Positions 24,986 through 38,860 of a stretch of 64,000 nt of DNA are shown piece after piece (the first letter of the stretch is position 1; every line of letters starts with the position of its first letter). The stretch covers positions 21,021,280 to 21,085,279 of the forward strand of contig MU054187.1 of the NCBI GenBank assembly GCA_013239625.1, written 5' to 3'. The stretch is from Lama guanicoe (lineage: Eukaryota). The position numbers and the translations under genes were made by a program. A model generated the notes under the pieces. That model saw only the letters and a list, made by a program, of their open reading frames with translations. It was not told the DNA's origin and ran no database searches.

Positions 24986-26034
24986 AGATGCAACTTTATT
25001 TAATTCTTCAGAAACAAATTTACACCTCACTATTGAACCAAATTTGATGTCTCCAACTGTATTTTGATGAACCTCAGATTACTTTGAAGATAAGCTATTG
25101 TTAGAAAAAGTATGAAATTTTGGTCTTACAAGTTTTAATTAAATATTGGCCTCTTGTAATAAATGCTTATCCTTAATATTGAAGTCTGTGACTCCTCTGT
25201 TGCTTTACCTCAGAGCTTTCAGGTTATACTTCATCACCATAGATCAAGTGTCAGTCATTCTTGAAATATTTTGACAGGAAACTTTCTATCGATAGGAGTA
25301 AAGGTATTGATTTACAGAGCATAAACAGCTGTAATGTTAAGAAATATTAGGGTTCCATTAATTTTATGTAATCAGGATCTGACAAGATACTTTCAAAATG
25401 AAATGATGGATAGTAAATAATGCTAATTCTTCCATTCTGGATGCCATTTAAGCCACTAGTTTATGCTTCAGTGTTTGTAATTGTTAACCAAAGATTAATA
25501 TATTTTTGGTATTGAAGGCTTTTTTATCTTTAGTAATTGGTCATGCATGTATTTAATGTTTGTGTCTAGGTTTAGCATTCTGCTAAAGATGTAAGTCTTA
25601 TTTCATTTTAGTTGAGGAGACAAAACATAAGATCCTAAAGTACATGAGTTCCTTGACGTCAATAATGATGTATTTTCACATAGATAACTGTTACATGTTC
25701 AGGATTTCATTTAACAAAACCTCAGTAAGCATTGTTGAGTGAATGGCTGAGTGGATGGATTAATTTAAACAATGTGGGGAAAACTGTGCCATTGCTCATG
25801 AGTTTAACATGCTCATAGAAAAGGATGAAATAATATGAGCTCAAGTTGCTTGTAAAAGGTTTTAAAGGAGACTGGGCTACAGCTGAATTTTAAAAGATTG
25901 AAAGAGATGGGTTCTAGATTGGGGAGACTGCATGAGCAAAATGACTATAATGAACCAGCTGTGTTTGTAAAGCCTGCTCCTCCTACTTCTTTTATTTTTC
26001 CAAAGGAAAACAACTTTCTTTGATATCTAGGTGG

Positions 26035-26190
26035 TTGTGGTAAACAAAGTAACGGAATGGCACCTTAAGGTTTTCTCCATACCTATCTTCAGAACCTACG
26101 AATGTTTCCTTATACACAAAAGGACGTTGTAGATGGTGTTAAGGATATGGACCTTAAGATGAGGAAATGATCCTGGACCATCCAGGGAGA
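26035..26190 (+). mobile_element. MLT1 LTR 5' part
   Basis: gaacctacgaatgtttccttat...aaaaggacgttgtagatg...ccttaagatgagg...atcctggaccatccagg. Confidence 0.7.
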
Positions 26191-26199
26191 AGGATGCAC

Positions 26200-26900
26200 A
26201 ATGATGAGTAAGTCTCTCTTTCTGTTCCACAGTGTCTTACGTTTGAGGACCTCAGTTGTTTATCAGCCAGTTCCTGGCCCAGGCAGCTGATAATACTTCT
26301 GTGATCGGTTTGAATACATCCCCCTTTTTTTCCTAGTTAACCAGTCTTGAAATTTGGCACTCACAGCCTTCTCCCCACTAACACAGTTTTTTTTTTTTTT
26401 TGGCAAGACCAAATCTTGCAGTCTTTCAGTACCTCCAGTTCTCATATCCATCCCCTTTTTTATTTCTCCATTTGTAATCCTGGCCTGATCGTCTGTTGAT
26501 TTGCCTGCCCCATGAGCCTCCTTTCTCTCATCAGTTCCATCTAGGCTCACCTTGGTATGACCCCACAATAATCTTTTAAAACTCCTTTTGATCTTGTTGC
26601 TGCCTGAGTCAAAAACTTTCAGTGGCTCCCTGACGTTTATAGGCACCTTGGTAGTATAATTTTCAGGGGACTTGCCAACCTAGTTTCAACTTACATTTAT
26701 CATGCCTCATATCCCATTATATTTCTACAGGAATCATCTTCACCAGCCAAGTTGGCTCACTCAAAATCCCCTAAATAGACCTCTTGGTTTTTTGCCATTG
26801 CAATTTTTGCCCGGCTCATTCTTCTCACCTTCAGCGTACTCCCTGGTCCACTTTGCCTGTTTACACCCTAGTCCTCTGTTGTTCCGTGTCTTTCAAACTA
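26200..26900 (+). mobile_element. L2 fragment
   Basis: Pyrimidine-rich L2 body with caaaaactttcagtggctccc. Confidence 0.55.
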
Positions 26901-29239
26901 GGAAATGCTTTTCCTCTGGAATAGATTATGACCTTATTCCCTTAATAACAATGAAAAGGAAACTTCAGAGCTCCAAGAGAATGAAGTCAATGGTATTTAT
27001 ATCTCCTTCCCTCCCTGTCAATTGCAGTGTCAGATGATAGTAAGATTTTTTTTCCAGGATCACTTTTACCTTTAGTCGCGAAGGTGGACATCTGCAAATA
27101 TCAAACTATTCTAGACTTCAAAGCTGGGTCGGGCAGATCAGGCCAGCTGGCTGGCAAGGGGTGTTTTGACCCTTTGTTTTTCATTACTTTCCCTGGGACA
27201 GAGATTGAGAGCTCCTGGCGAAATCAAATTACAGCCTCAGCAGGTAAATGCCAGTCCTCTCAACTGGTGTGAGAAACAGAGGGTTACCTCTGTCCCTCAT
27301 CAGTATTCAGGGACTTACACTGAGAAGGAGTCTAAACACGGGGCCGTAAGCAGAGATGTGGTCATCGTTCACTCCAAGAGCAGGTCTGCCGGAATCTTAC
27401 AGGACAGGGCACAGTGATCTTGCTTGGCAGTCTTGACAAAGGAAAATGATCATAATCTATTCTTTGCATCTTTCGCATCAAAAAGGAAGATCGTTTCATG
27501 GTAATCTATGAGTTTTAGGACTCATCTGATTATTTTCCTGAGATACCCTAGAAATACCTAGCTCTAATTCTAAATCCTTTTAGCTCCATTGCCTAAAATG
27601 TACTAAATCTGCACTCTGACAGTACTTCAAGCATACATGGATGATTAATCCCGGAGTGGCCAATGCCACTGCTCTTTCTTTGTTGTTGGGCTTCCAAAGA
27701 TCCCCCCCCCCAGAGCTTTCATTCAAATAATATGTACTGAGCATTTCCTGTGAGTCAGGCGCTCTTATGGTCACCCACATCTTGAGTATTACATCCTTTT
27801 TCTCATCTCTAGAATGCCACTTAAAAATATTTGTTAGCAAGAAGGCAGACCCAAAACACTGCTTCCTGAAACATTACTTGCTTGTTTCTTGAAGGTTCAC
27901 TGCTGTCTTTACACTGACTACAGAATATCTTATAATATATCTGATTGGACCAAAATCATTCAGGGTTTAGGCCCAACAATGGAGACATGTTTTCCAGCAG
28001 GATTTACATAAGCTCCATCACTGCAGTTGATATCAGAGTAGAGAGAATTCCAAGACCTTTGACTATACCAGATTCCGTATCAGGAGATAGGCTATTCTGT
28101 TGCTGAATTTATTTTCCCAAAGGCTTGTTGCCATGAGTATCCATGTTTACCGCTGTCCAACCTGCTCCATTTTTCAGGTCATTAAAAAAAAAGTGGATAA
28201 TACACAGAATGGTTTCAAGGGAAGGTTAGAGGGAGAAATTCTGTGAGGATCCCTGAGAATAACTTAAACAATTTGTGGCAGCTGTCAACTGTGGGGCTAA
28301 TCCTAAGTGACATGAAGCTTGCAGAAGTAGGGTACATCTTTTTTAGCAAATGCTTCAGGAGAAGGGGATCCAAAGAGACAGATACAGTGAGGGGTTCTTC
28401 AGAGAGCTGTGGTTGTGAACTGATGACAACATTTCATTTATTTATAGACACTATTTAGAAGGCCATCAGTTTTCTGTCCCTTTCAGCCATACCCATTCAT
28501 GGACAAGTCATCATCACTTCCATGAGAGGAGTCACTCTTAAGAGCAACCTGCAGTCTAATATATAATGTATAAACTATGTGCATCTCTCATATACAGCAC
28601 ATAGAAATGCATACTACAAAACTAAGCTCCAAAGAAAAAAATAGGAAATTCAAGATGGAAGAAGTAACATGAGAACCCAGGGGCAGAGCAGTAAGCATAG
28701 GAGCTGATTTTTCCCAGAGGGTGTCAGTTCAGTACCCGGAGGGTGAAAGGAGATGTGGCCTGGGCTCACATGAGGTGGGGACCTACAATTTAGACTCTTT
28801 TGTAAAACTGGCACATACTCCTTCTCCCTGGTCCCAGTAAAAGGATGATGCAAAAACTCTCCCCTCTGACCAAAGAATTTCTGAAGGTCATTTCTTCAGA
28901 CTATGAGTAGAAAAACGGGATACTATGGGAGATTCAATCCCCAGTTGGGTGGTGCGTGCATGTGGAATCTGACGTAAAATCGTGCAGGCTGTGAAGATCC
29001 CAAATTGAAACTCCTGAAACCTCCTGGGAATAGTAGAAGCAAACATGAGCCTCCTTGCAGGGATGTTTCCATAGCCTCAGGGCAGAAGACTGTCATCAAA
29101 AGACAGAGAAAAGGTAAATGTGAAAAAAAAATATAAACATTTTCAAACAATGGAAGAGTGTTCATCCAAAAGACTTTGACTGAAGGAGCCACTAAAGGTT
29201 ATACTTCAGTGCAAAGGAAATTGAACTCAGAAAGAATTT

Positions 29240-30015
29240 CTTACAAGTCCACAATAAAAAGACAAAGAACCCAACTTAAAAAGGAGTAGAGGATCAGGAT
29301 AGACATTTCTCCAAAGAAGATAGACCAATGGACAATAGTCATGTGAAAATTTGCTCAACATCACTAGCCATTAGGGATACGCAAGCTAAAGTCACAGTGA
29401 AATAGCATTTCACACCCAATAGGATGGCTGTAATCCGAAAGACTGAAAACAGTTAAGTATTGGTGAAGATGTAGAGAATATAGAACCCTTATACGCTGTG
29501 GGTGGGAATGTGAAATGGCAACCATTTTGGAAGACCATTTGGTATGTTCCTCAGGACGTGGAACACGTACAGTTAACCATGTGCCCTGCATTTTCACCCT
29601 AAGGTATATACAGATGAGAACTGAAAATGTATACTCAAATGAAAACTTGTGTGTGAATGCTCACAGCAACATTATTCATAATAGCTAATGATGGAACAAC
29701 TCAAATGTCCATGAACTGATGGATAAATAAAATGTAAAGCTCTACAATGTCATATCACTTAAAATAAAAAAAGGAATGAAGTGCTGATACATGCTGCAAC
29801 ATGGATGAACCTTGAAATCATCATACTAAGTGAAAGAAGCCAATCACATAACCATATATGATATGATCCCACTTATGTGAAGTGTCCAGAATAGGCAAAT
29901 CCAGAGAGAGAGAAAGTAGGTCATTGGTGTCCAGGGACTGTGGGGAGAGGACAATGGAGACTGGCTGCTAATAAAGATGGGGTTTTTTTGGGAGGCGGTT
30001 GAAAATATCTTAGAC
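29240..30015 (+). mobile_element. L1 (L1MB-like) ORF2 end plus 3'UTR
   Basis: agacatttctccaaagaagata, catcactagccattaggga, acatggatgaaccttgaaa, gtccagaataggcaaatcca. Confidence 0.9.
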
Positions 30016-32319
30016 ACAATTCTGTTGTGTTGAGTTGTTGCAAAAAAAAAAAAAAGAATCTACAACCCCATGTTTAATGTATAGGTTTAAAAACTAGTGT
30101 TTTTCAGGGAATTGTTGAGGGGTACACTTGGCCTAAAGTAAAATAAAATCCAGTAAAATGAAATTATGAATAAGGGAAACAGTAATACTAAATGCATTAT
30201 TCTGTAGTTTATTATATTACTTGTAGTTTTCCTTTCTGTGTTTATTTCACTAAACCGTGGGAATATCCATTTTACAAATTAAGAAAAACTGTGTTCTTAC
30301 AGTATAGCCACAATTTTCAGCTTTAATTATAAGTGAAAATGCAGAACAGAGACCACCTTAGGATTCTTCCCTTCTGCTGAGATGGTTGCTTTGTTCAGTC
30401 CATTCCATCCAAGCAGTTTGTACAACGAGTATTTATTGCTAGCTGTCATGTGCTGCAGCCTTCTGCAGTAAGAGGGAAGCCTGGATGGGTCATTTGTGGT
30501 CTCATATCTTAATGACTTTTCCCTGTTTTCGTTGACATCTAAATTCCTCTAAGGCAAGGCAAACATATTGTTTAACAGGGAGGGTGAAAAAAGCTTGTAT
30601 ATTATGCACTAATCTGTTAACATATATAGTCAAATTAAAAACGTTTTAAAAAGTCATTATAACAGCCTCATTACTGCATATACTAAATCCAGAAGATGAA
30701 AGACGACTAAAGAATTAGCACTGAGTATAAATGGTGGAATTGCACAGCATTTGTAAATGTAGTCAACTTCTGGTGTTGCTGCTGTTCAGGTGGTTGCTTT
30801 GAGTTTGTAACTCATTGTTTTTCTAAAGGTTTTAGCATTTTCAGGAGCAAGACCTCTTATTTTACACTGTAGGAATTATATAATTAATATGAAAAAGAAT
30901 AACTCCACTGCATAGCGAGAGTAGAAATGTGTTGGTGAATACAGATAAATTAAAAACTAATTAATTTGAAATTTATGGTTATTGGCCACCTCTGCCATGA
31001 CACGTTGGATGCTTTTAGTAAGCAACTACAGTATTCAACAGAAGTCTTAGTGGGAGTGATTGACAACTGTGGGGATTTAGGTCTCTGGCCAAGAATACAG
31101 ATGGAGCCAGAAGTGGCTTTTTTTCTTTAGTCATTATTTAATGATCGTATCTTATAAAATGTATAATTTACTTGTTGCCAGAATTAAGACTACTTGTTTG
31201 GTTTTCTGTTCTTTTAGTTTCAATTCCGAAATCTAACTTAAGTTCTTTAAGAGTTATAAATGACATGTTGTCTATGACAGGAACATGTAGCCTTATCAAG
31301 TTTAATTAATAGTTCAGACTGATAAGCAGTGGCTGATTAAAGCCAAAGTGATTTCAGTAATATAATATTTAATGTGTATCAAAAATTCTAATTATTATTT
31401 TAAGAAAGATCAACTCTGAGTGTTTGTAATTTAATCCTATATTTATGGTTAGTAGCTTTTCCTATTTTTATAAATATTTATTGGGAAAAATGGGTGTTAA
31501 TATTTGTCAAATCACAGAAATAACTATTCAAATATATTACGGGAAAATCAAAGAAAATTATAATGTAAAGATTAATTGAAGCACATTTTTTGATCATCGA
31601 TATCTTAAAATTATATTATAAATGTTTATCTTGAGTGTTTCCAAGTTTTTAAGGGTAAGAATGCAAGTAAACTAGTTTTCAATTGTATACTTTTAATGTT
31701 AGAATGCCTCAATTGTAGCAAACATATCTGATCATTATTCATACTAATAGTGTTGTGGAAAGAAGAACAGTCTCAGCCATTACCATTTATGTGAGTCACA
31801 TCACATAAAGGCAGGGCAGAATACTCACCGGTAAAGGCTGAACCGTGAGAGCCCAGTTCTTAGCAAGTCAGAAGAGCAAACGGTCTTTGATGCCTGCAGG
31901 TACCAAGACCTCCTCTAAAATTTGCCTTGTGACCAAGTGCAGGAGAGTAGAGAACTGGTCACTCTCTGGGAAGGAAGCTCATTATAAAATAACAGATTTT
32001 AAAGATGCTTGTGAAAAGTGTCGGATGATTCACGTAAGACAAAAGCAAAGATAGATTTGAATAGAGGTTAGGATTTCAAATTTTGAAGGTAGACGTTAAC
32101 ATTTGAAAACATTAAATTTCAAGAGAAGAAAAGGGAGGATATTAAGATGAAGAAATATAAAGAATTTTGTTTATCCCAACTCCGTCCAAGGACTGCAACA
32201 TCAGGAACTTTTTGGCTTGAGTTCTCAACTGACTACTTCATATGAAGTTCATCTGTACGTGTGTGTGTATCATTTTCACATATCTTTCTATAAAACATTA
32301 TTATGAAAATTACATACTT

Positions 32320-32575
32320 ATCAGTATAATTATTAATAATACAATATAATTATCTAGTATAATTGCTAATTATATAATTATAATTATATAAAATGTTATG
32401 TAATTAAAATATAATTCTAATTCTATAATATTCTAATTAAATTAGAATTAGAATTAATATTATATATAATTACTTATATAAATATTGTATAATTATTACA
32501 TATTATATAAACATGTTATAAATATATTATATAAATATAATAGGTATTTATATAAATATTATAAAATATTATTAT
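32320..32575. repeat. AT-rich low-complexity tract
   Basis: Almost pure A/T with degenerate (TA)/(ATT) units. Confidence 0.9.
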
Positions 32576-33129
32576 GCAGTATACTGGCCTAAAGATGACA
32601 CTGTAACACTATGTATATTGTTTATGTAGAATGTCTCATTCCACATTTTTTGTTCTTACTTATCAGTATTTAAAATAGAGAAGTAGAAGAAATTCCCTGC
32701 ACATTTCTTAAAGTTTTGAAGATAGCAAATTAAACATATTTAAAATTTGAAAGTAATTTTTACTGACTGAATCTAACAAATTACAGTGACTAGATTAACT
32801 TAGAGGTAGAGCAGGGGATCTCATGGGAGGCCAGTGTGAGCACAATCTTAAAGAGCTGAATTCTCAGACTCTGCCATAAGTTCACAATATGATTAGGGGT
32901 ATTATCTCTTCTTTCTTCATTACAGCTGTCCTTACACACAATTTTTTAAAATTGCATAGATTTTTTGGTAACATTATAAGAAAACGATTTTTGTCATAGA
33001 CCTCACATGATTAAATGCCTTAGTTTTGTCTTTAATATGCTTGTATTTGTGTTGAAACAGTTGTGTCTTTCTATTCAAATTTTTATAGCAGCTAGGTCAG
33101 AGATTTCATGCACGCACACATACACACAC

Positions 33130-34540
33130 ACACACATATAAAAGGACAAACCCCAATTCAGAAATAGCATTAAAAATCAATAAGAATCCCATTCACAATA
33201 GCATTTAAAAGATGTAAGTGTAAAAACTAAAATTTTGAAATTTTTAAAAGAAAAAAGTAGGAGAGAATCCTTGTGACCTCGGGATTAGGCAAAGATTTAT
33301 CAATGTGACAAAGAAAAGCATAAAAACTAAAAAATAATAAATTTATCAAAATTAAAAATGTTTGCTCTTCAAAGTGCAACCTAAAAAAAATTAGAAAACA
33401 ACCTAGAGAGTAGAAGAAAACATTTTTAAAACAGGTATCTGATCTAGTTTGAAGCAGGTTTCAAAACAGATATCCAAAAAAGGGCTTGTATTCCAAATTA
33501 TGTAAAAGAACTTGAAAAAAAAAAGACTGAATTTTTAGAGCAGTTTTAGAGTTTTGTAGTAAAATTGAGAGGGAGGTAGAGAGATTTCCCAAATGTGCCT
33601 ACCCCACACTTGCATAACTTCTTCCATTATCAACATCATTCATCAGAATGGTGTGTATATATATATATATTTTAACCAAGGATGAACCTACATTGACACA
33701 TCATAATCACCCCAAGTCCACAGTTGACTGTAGAGTTTACTCTTGGTGTTGTACATTCTATGGGTCTGGACAAGTGTATTATGACACATATCCACCATTA
33801 TAATATTATCCAGAGTATGTCATGCCCCAGTAAACCTCTGTACTCAGTCTGTTCATCTCCCCCCACTACCCCCAACCCCTGACAAAATTGATTTTTTTAT
33901 TGTCTTCATAGTTATGCCTTTTCCAGAATGTCAAATGGTCAGAATCATACAATATGTAATCTTTTCAGACTGGCTTCTTTTATTTAGTACCATGAATTTA
34001 AGTTTCCTCCATCTCTTTTAATTTCTTTTTAGGACTGAATAATATTCCATTGTCTGGATGAACCACAGTTTATTCACTTACTGAAGGGCATCTTCATTGC
34101 CTCTAAGTTTGGCAAGTACGAATAAAGCACACTTGTGAGGACAAATGTTTTCAACTTTTTTGAGTAAATAATGGAATACTATCCAGCAGTAAATAAAATA
34201 AACTACTGATTCACGTAAAAACACAAATGAATCTTAAAAATATTTTGCTATGTGAAAGAAGCCTGCCACAAGAGACGATGTGTTATATTACTTCACTTAT
34301 ATTGAAGTTCCAGGAAGAGCAAAACTATAGAGACAGAAAGCAGATCTGTGGTTGCCTGGGGCTAAGTAGGAGGGGGGATTGACTTTAAATCAGCACAAAG
34401 CAATTTGGGGGTGATTTAAAGCATTTAAAATGTCTTGTGGTGATGGTCGCACAAGTGTAAATGTGCCAAAATTGCATTGTGCATTTAAAAGAGGTGAATT
34501 TTATGGTGCTGCTTCAACTCAGTACAGCTGCTAAAAATTA
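33130..34540 (+). mobile_element. Old L1 (L1ME-like), split by an antisense L1
   Basis: ggagagaatccttgtgacctcgggattaggcaaagattt at 33260; resumes at ~34170 with ggaatactatccagcag...gaaagcagatctgtggttgcctgggg. Confidence 0.75.
33525..34168 (-). mobile_element. L1MC-type 3'UTR inserted antisense into the older L1
   Basis: ttttagagcagttttag, gatgaacctacattgacacatcataatcaccc, ttgtacattctatgggt. Confidence 0.85.
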
Positions 34541-35269
34541 TTAGGCTAAGATTTTAAAATTATTTTCTATTATTAGCAGAAGTATATGTATGTTTAATTA
34601 AAAGAGAGCTATTGAAAGTAAAAGCATCCATCTGGAGAGAAGACTAGGAGGCCACTACCTGTGAGATTCAGAGTGGCTTTCATTAACTCAGTGAATTTAC
34701 TCTGATGGAACTTCTGGCTGCGAAACCTGATTTTATCAGAAAAATGAGAAATTCCATTGTCACGTGGGCCAGAATACTAGTGTATAAATAACTAGATTAT
34801 TTACTACTGTAAACAGAATTCTTAGCAAGTGAAATGAAATTTCATTTGTTAAGTCATCATGAAAATACACTGGAATATTTTGGAAAACAGCAGAGACAAG
34901 GATTTCAGCCAGTATGAATGGCTGAAAAGCTACATCATAATCAGAAAATTGCTTGAAAAACACAGAGTCAGAACTAGTGCTGTTAATTAATAAAGTGATA
35001 TTTACTGGTATCAGGAGACAATAGCTTCTTTACTCTATTTGACAACAGGGACAGGCTTTTCCATGGCCAGTCGGCCCCCTCAGCTAGATGACATAGATAT
35101 AAATCCAGATATAGATGTGGATATGGACATAGAGATACAGAAATAGTCATATGCATTTGCTGGATTGATTCCTTTCAGTCTAACAATTATTCAGCTAACT
35201 TAGGTGGATTTGCATTTTTCAGTACTGAAAATGAATTTCTTGATCATAATGTTTTAGAATTTGAGGGCA

Positions 35270-35765
35270 AATGTATTGCTTCTTATATTAATTATCTATT
35301 TACTACACAGTGCAGATTAGCACCTTAACACATAAATATTATCTCAGTCTCTGTAGATCAGGAATCCAGGGTCTGGGTGCCTCTGGCTCAGGGCCACTGG
35401 CAAGGCTGCAGTCAGATCATCTCAAGGCCCTTCTGCGGAAGCATCCACTTGCAGGCTCAGTCATGTGTGGCCCTTGGCAGGCGCCACGTCCTCTCTGGCT
35501 GTAGGCCAGGTGCTTGGCACGTGGGCCTCTCCCTGGGCAGCCCACAATATGGCAGCTGGCTTCCCTCAGAGCAAATGAGGGAGAGAGCATCCAAGGAGAA
35601 GCCACAGTCGTGTTGTGACTAATCTCCAGTAAATCCTGTCACCTCTGCTGCAGTGTACCCGGTAGGAATGGGCATTAAATACTCACTCAAGGGGACAGAA
35701 CTGCACAAGGACCTAAATGCCAGGAGATGGAGGTGTTGTGGGTGATCTTAGTGGGTGCCGACCAT
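35270..35765 (-). mobile_element. MaLR MLT1-type LTR
   Basis: tattatctcagtctctgtagatcaggaatccagg...atggcagctggcttccctcagagc...actcaagggga. Confidence 0.75.
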
Positions 35766-36829
35766 ATTTTGGTTTGCAGGTTTTAGGAGAAACCTCACTT
35801 TAGCTGCCAGCACTGTTCGCAGTGTCATCAAGGGTGAAAAATACAGTTCCTGCAAAGATTGAACTGAAGAGCAAAAGCCTTTTAATTAAAAAATCAGACA
35901 ATATAATAATAAGAAAGGAGTAAGGAGATATATTTTGTTTAGTGAGGGAGTGAGACGTTCAGAGTTATTTACCATAAACATCATACTTCTATGTAATTTG
36001 TTACTTTTTTTTTTCTTCAGAAAACTGGGAACAAGTAAGCATGGAGGAGACTCCTTTTGCGTCTCCCTTGTCCACTGGCTCTATTCCTTCCTCCTTTCTC
36101 ATTCTAAAACTTTTACTCACTTTTTGATTAGTTAATTGGCAAGAGACACATTTTTCCCCCATCAGGCTGTTGTGAAGCCTCCAAAATCCAGGATCTTGAT
36201 CAAATGCCAAGAATGACATTTTGCTCAAATATAAATAGGAAATTTAAAACATCTGCATATTTAAGTGTGGTGATAGCATTAGTGGTGGTGGTGATGGTGC
36301 ATGCATGTGCCTTAGTTTAGTAGCTGTTGATAAATCTTACAAATCTGAATGAAAGGCCTTTACTTTTTTCTCCATGATAATTTGTTTCTAATGCTATGTT
36401 ATTTACTATTATTATTTTATTTTTCTATCTGAGTACAATTAAACTCTAATAATTGAGAGAGAAAATACACTAATATTCTCTCTGTTAAATTCAGAGCCCT
36501 TAATACCCTGCATAGTCTGTACACAAACTAAGTTTACTCACTCTTAGGTGATATTTAACTAAGTAGCTCAGAAGAAAGAATGGCATTTTCATTCTCTAAA
36601 GTAAAACTAAAAGCACAGATTTTTGTATCTGAGATTTCTTTCTTGGAACACTAAAGCAAATAGAACACTTTTTTTTAAACATCTCACCGCTGACATTAAT
36701 AAAACTTGCTGACACCATGACAAATTATTCCTTTGGTCTTAATGTTTTTCTGTAATTCAGGAATTTTATGTCTGTAAGTCATGGAAAGCCAAATCAAATG
36801 AGCCCAGTAAAAACTGAGATTTTATTGGA

Positions 36830-37150
36830 AGACTCCCATACTATTGAAGAGAGGGTTAAGAAACAAAGCTGCAGGAAAGTCTAGAACTCTGCCAAGACTC
36901 TGTCCTGTCTCTTCTCATGATAGGTTTTCACCATCTGGCATATAATAGAGACAGGCTTCAAAGAACCACAGCTGAGCTCCTGATCACCAGGGTGAAAAAT
37001 CCCAGGGATATTCTCTGATAGCTCAGGTTTGGGTCAAGTGTCCACCCTGGGATCAATCACTTGTGTCCAGGGGATCAAGATGCTGTAACTGACACTACCT
37101 GGGTCTGGTGTTTCTCTTGTACTGATCAGCTACAACCCAGCAGGTGGGTA
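36830..37150 (-). mobile_element. Old MLT1 (J/K-like) LTR fragment
   Basis: aaaatcccaggga...tttgggtcaagtgtccaccctgggatcaatcac. Confidence 0.55.
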
Positions 37151-37249
37151 TGATACACAAACACGAAAGTTTTGAATCAACTTCTTTTCGCTTTTAAGCC
37201 TAGTATAATTTTGGACATTTTTATAGAGTCCTATTAAAAGTATTAAGAA

Positions 37250-37374
37250 GAGGGGAGTATAGCTCAGTGGTAGAGTGTGTGCTTAGCATGCACAAGATCC
37301 TGGGTTTAACCCCCAGTGCTTCTGGTAAAAAAAATAAACCTAGTTACCCTCTCCTCAAAAAAATGAAAAAAAAA
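37250..37374 (+). mobile_element. tRNA-Ala-derived SINE (camelid vic-1 type)
   Basis: ggggagtatagctcagtggtagagtgtgtgcttagcatgcac head (A box, AGC anticodon region), degraded B box, non-tRNA tail aataaacctagttacc, A tail, TSD attaagaa. Confidence 0.85.
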
Positions 37375-38129
37375 ATTAAGAAACATTGTCTCCGTGCTCC
37401 ATGCTTGCACTAGAATACAAGATAGAATAGAAGGAAGTCATTTTTTCAAAGGAAGGGAAGAATGCCAGAAACTTTTAAGAGAGATTTAAAAAATCTCTCA
37501 ACCTCTCATATTTTTTTAAAACTTAGCCTGCTATTTGTTGAGTATGCTGTGCAAATACTATTATTATATCCAGTCCACCTTGTTAATATATCTTATAACT
37601 GTATTAGGAAGTGGCAAATGTGCTTGAGTTGGATACCAATGTTAAATTTAAAATTATTACACAAGCAACTTAAATTTCCAAAATCAGTACTGATTTTTTC
37701 TCAGCTGAGCATTCATTTCTTAAGGATCGGCTTTGGAAAGAGAAATAGTCCATCTGATCTGTTTTTCTAATTTCTTAACAAGTTCTTTACAAACGCCATG
37801 CCTGAAATGAGTTCACTAGGAGTCGGTGGCCTTGACAGAGCCTTTGTATTTTGGTTCTGTAAGGCAAAAAATTAAGTTTACGGCAGCATATTCATTTTAA
37901 AAATATGCTCTCATTCAACTCAAAGCTCACTAGCCTACACTTCATAAAAAATAATAAATCAGAAATAATGAATAAGAAATAAGGAATCATACTGCTTTCA
38001 TCATTATGCATTTGCTCTTAAAACATCGCAACTGTGCCTTTTATATATATGGTTCATGGATGGAGCATAACCTTGGGAGTAAAAAGAGCCCACTAATAAT
38101 AAGCTGCTTTGTTCTTTGTTTCTTTGTTA

Positions 38130-38345
38130 ATAATTTGTAATGTTTTGGAAAGAAGAGGAGCTTTGGACATGGACTTTGAATCCCAGCTCTGCCACTAATT
38201 AGCCAATGTGAATGTGGACATGATTCTTACTGCTTTTGAGCCCCAGATTGTCCCATACCCAGTTGCACTGTTGGGGAGGTTAAGTGCTACGGAATGTGTA
38301 AGGCGTTTTTGTGACCATAATGTGGCTCAGCCAATGTGATTTCCC
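38130..38345 (+). mobile_element. MIR SINE
   Basis: gctttggacatggactttgaatcccagctctgccactaattagc. Confidence 0.7.
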
Positions 38346-38860
38346 TTCCCTATGCTCATAGACCCTTGTTTCCACAACTCCTGTTCTAGGTATCCTTCAG
38401 GGACAGGGAAGAGAGAAACAGTGATTGGAGAAGAAAATAAAATGATTTAGGTTTAGACTTTCCAATAAAGCAGTTACATTTACTACGTTAGAAACTGATG
38501 TTAAAATAGGTCTCCCCTCACCAATCCGTTCGCACCAGTTTTTTCCCCACGAAGGAATAAAGGCATTGCCGACATAGTGAAGAAAACACACGATTGTCAG
38601 AAGAACAGTTTAACGTTCACTTCCATGTCCTTTTGTACTTCTGTTACCTCTTCTACTTACTTCAGTATTTATATAGATCTCACTGTGTTTGGGACACTCT
38701 TTCTTGTTGCAGGGGTTTCAGCAGCGAACAAGGTAGACACGTTCTGTGCCTGCATTAGGGAGTTTATACTCAAATCTGTAAGGAAATTTAGTAAGCAGTA
38801 CAGTTCAGAAACAAGGCAGTTACAGGTGGAAGCAAGTGCTATGAAGAAAATGAAAATAGT

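Noticed and set aside
31829..31893. Minus-strand 65-nt exon candidate with a GTGAGT donor
   Set aside because: Acceptor lacks a real pyrimidine tract, peptide not recognised, no partner exons
36761..36773. 13-nt microexon candidate (cag|...|gtaagt)
   Set aside because: Frame-shifting length and no other support; expected by chance in 64 kb
37252..37325. tRNA-Ala gene
   Set aside because: Degraded T-arm/B box, SINE-specific tail, A-run and TSD show that it is a SINE
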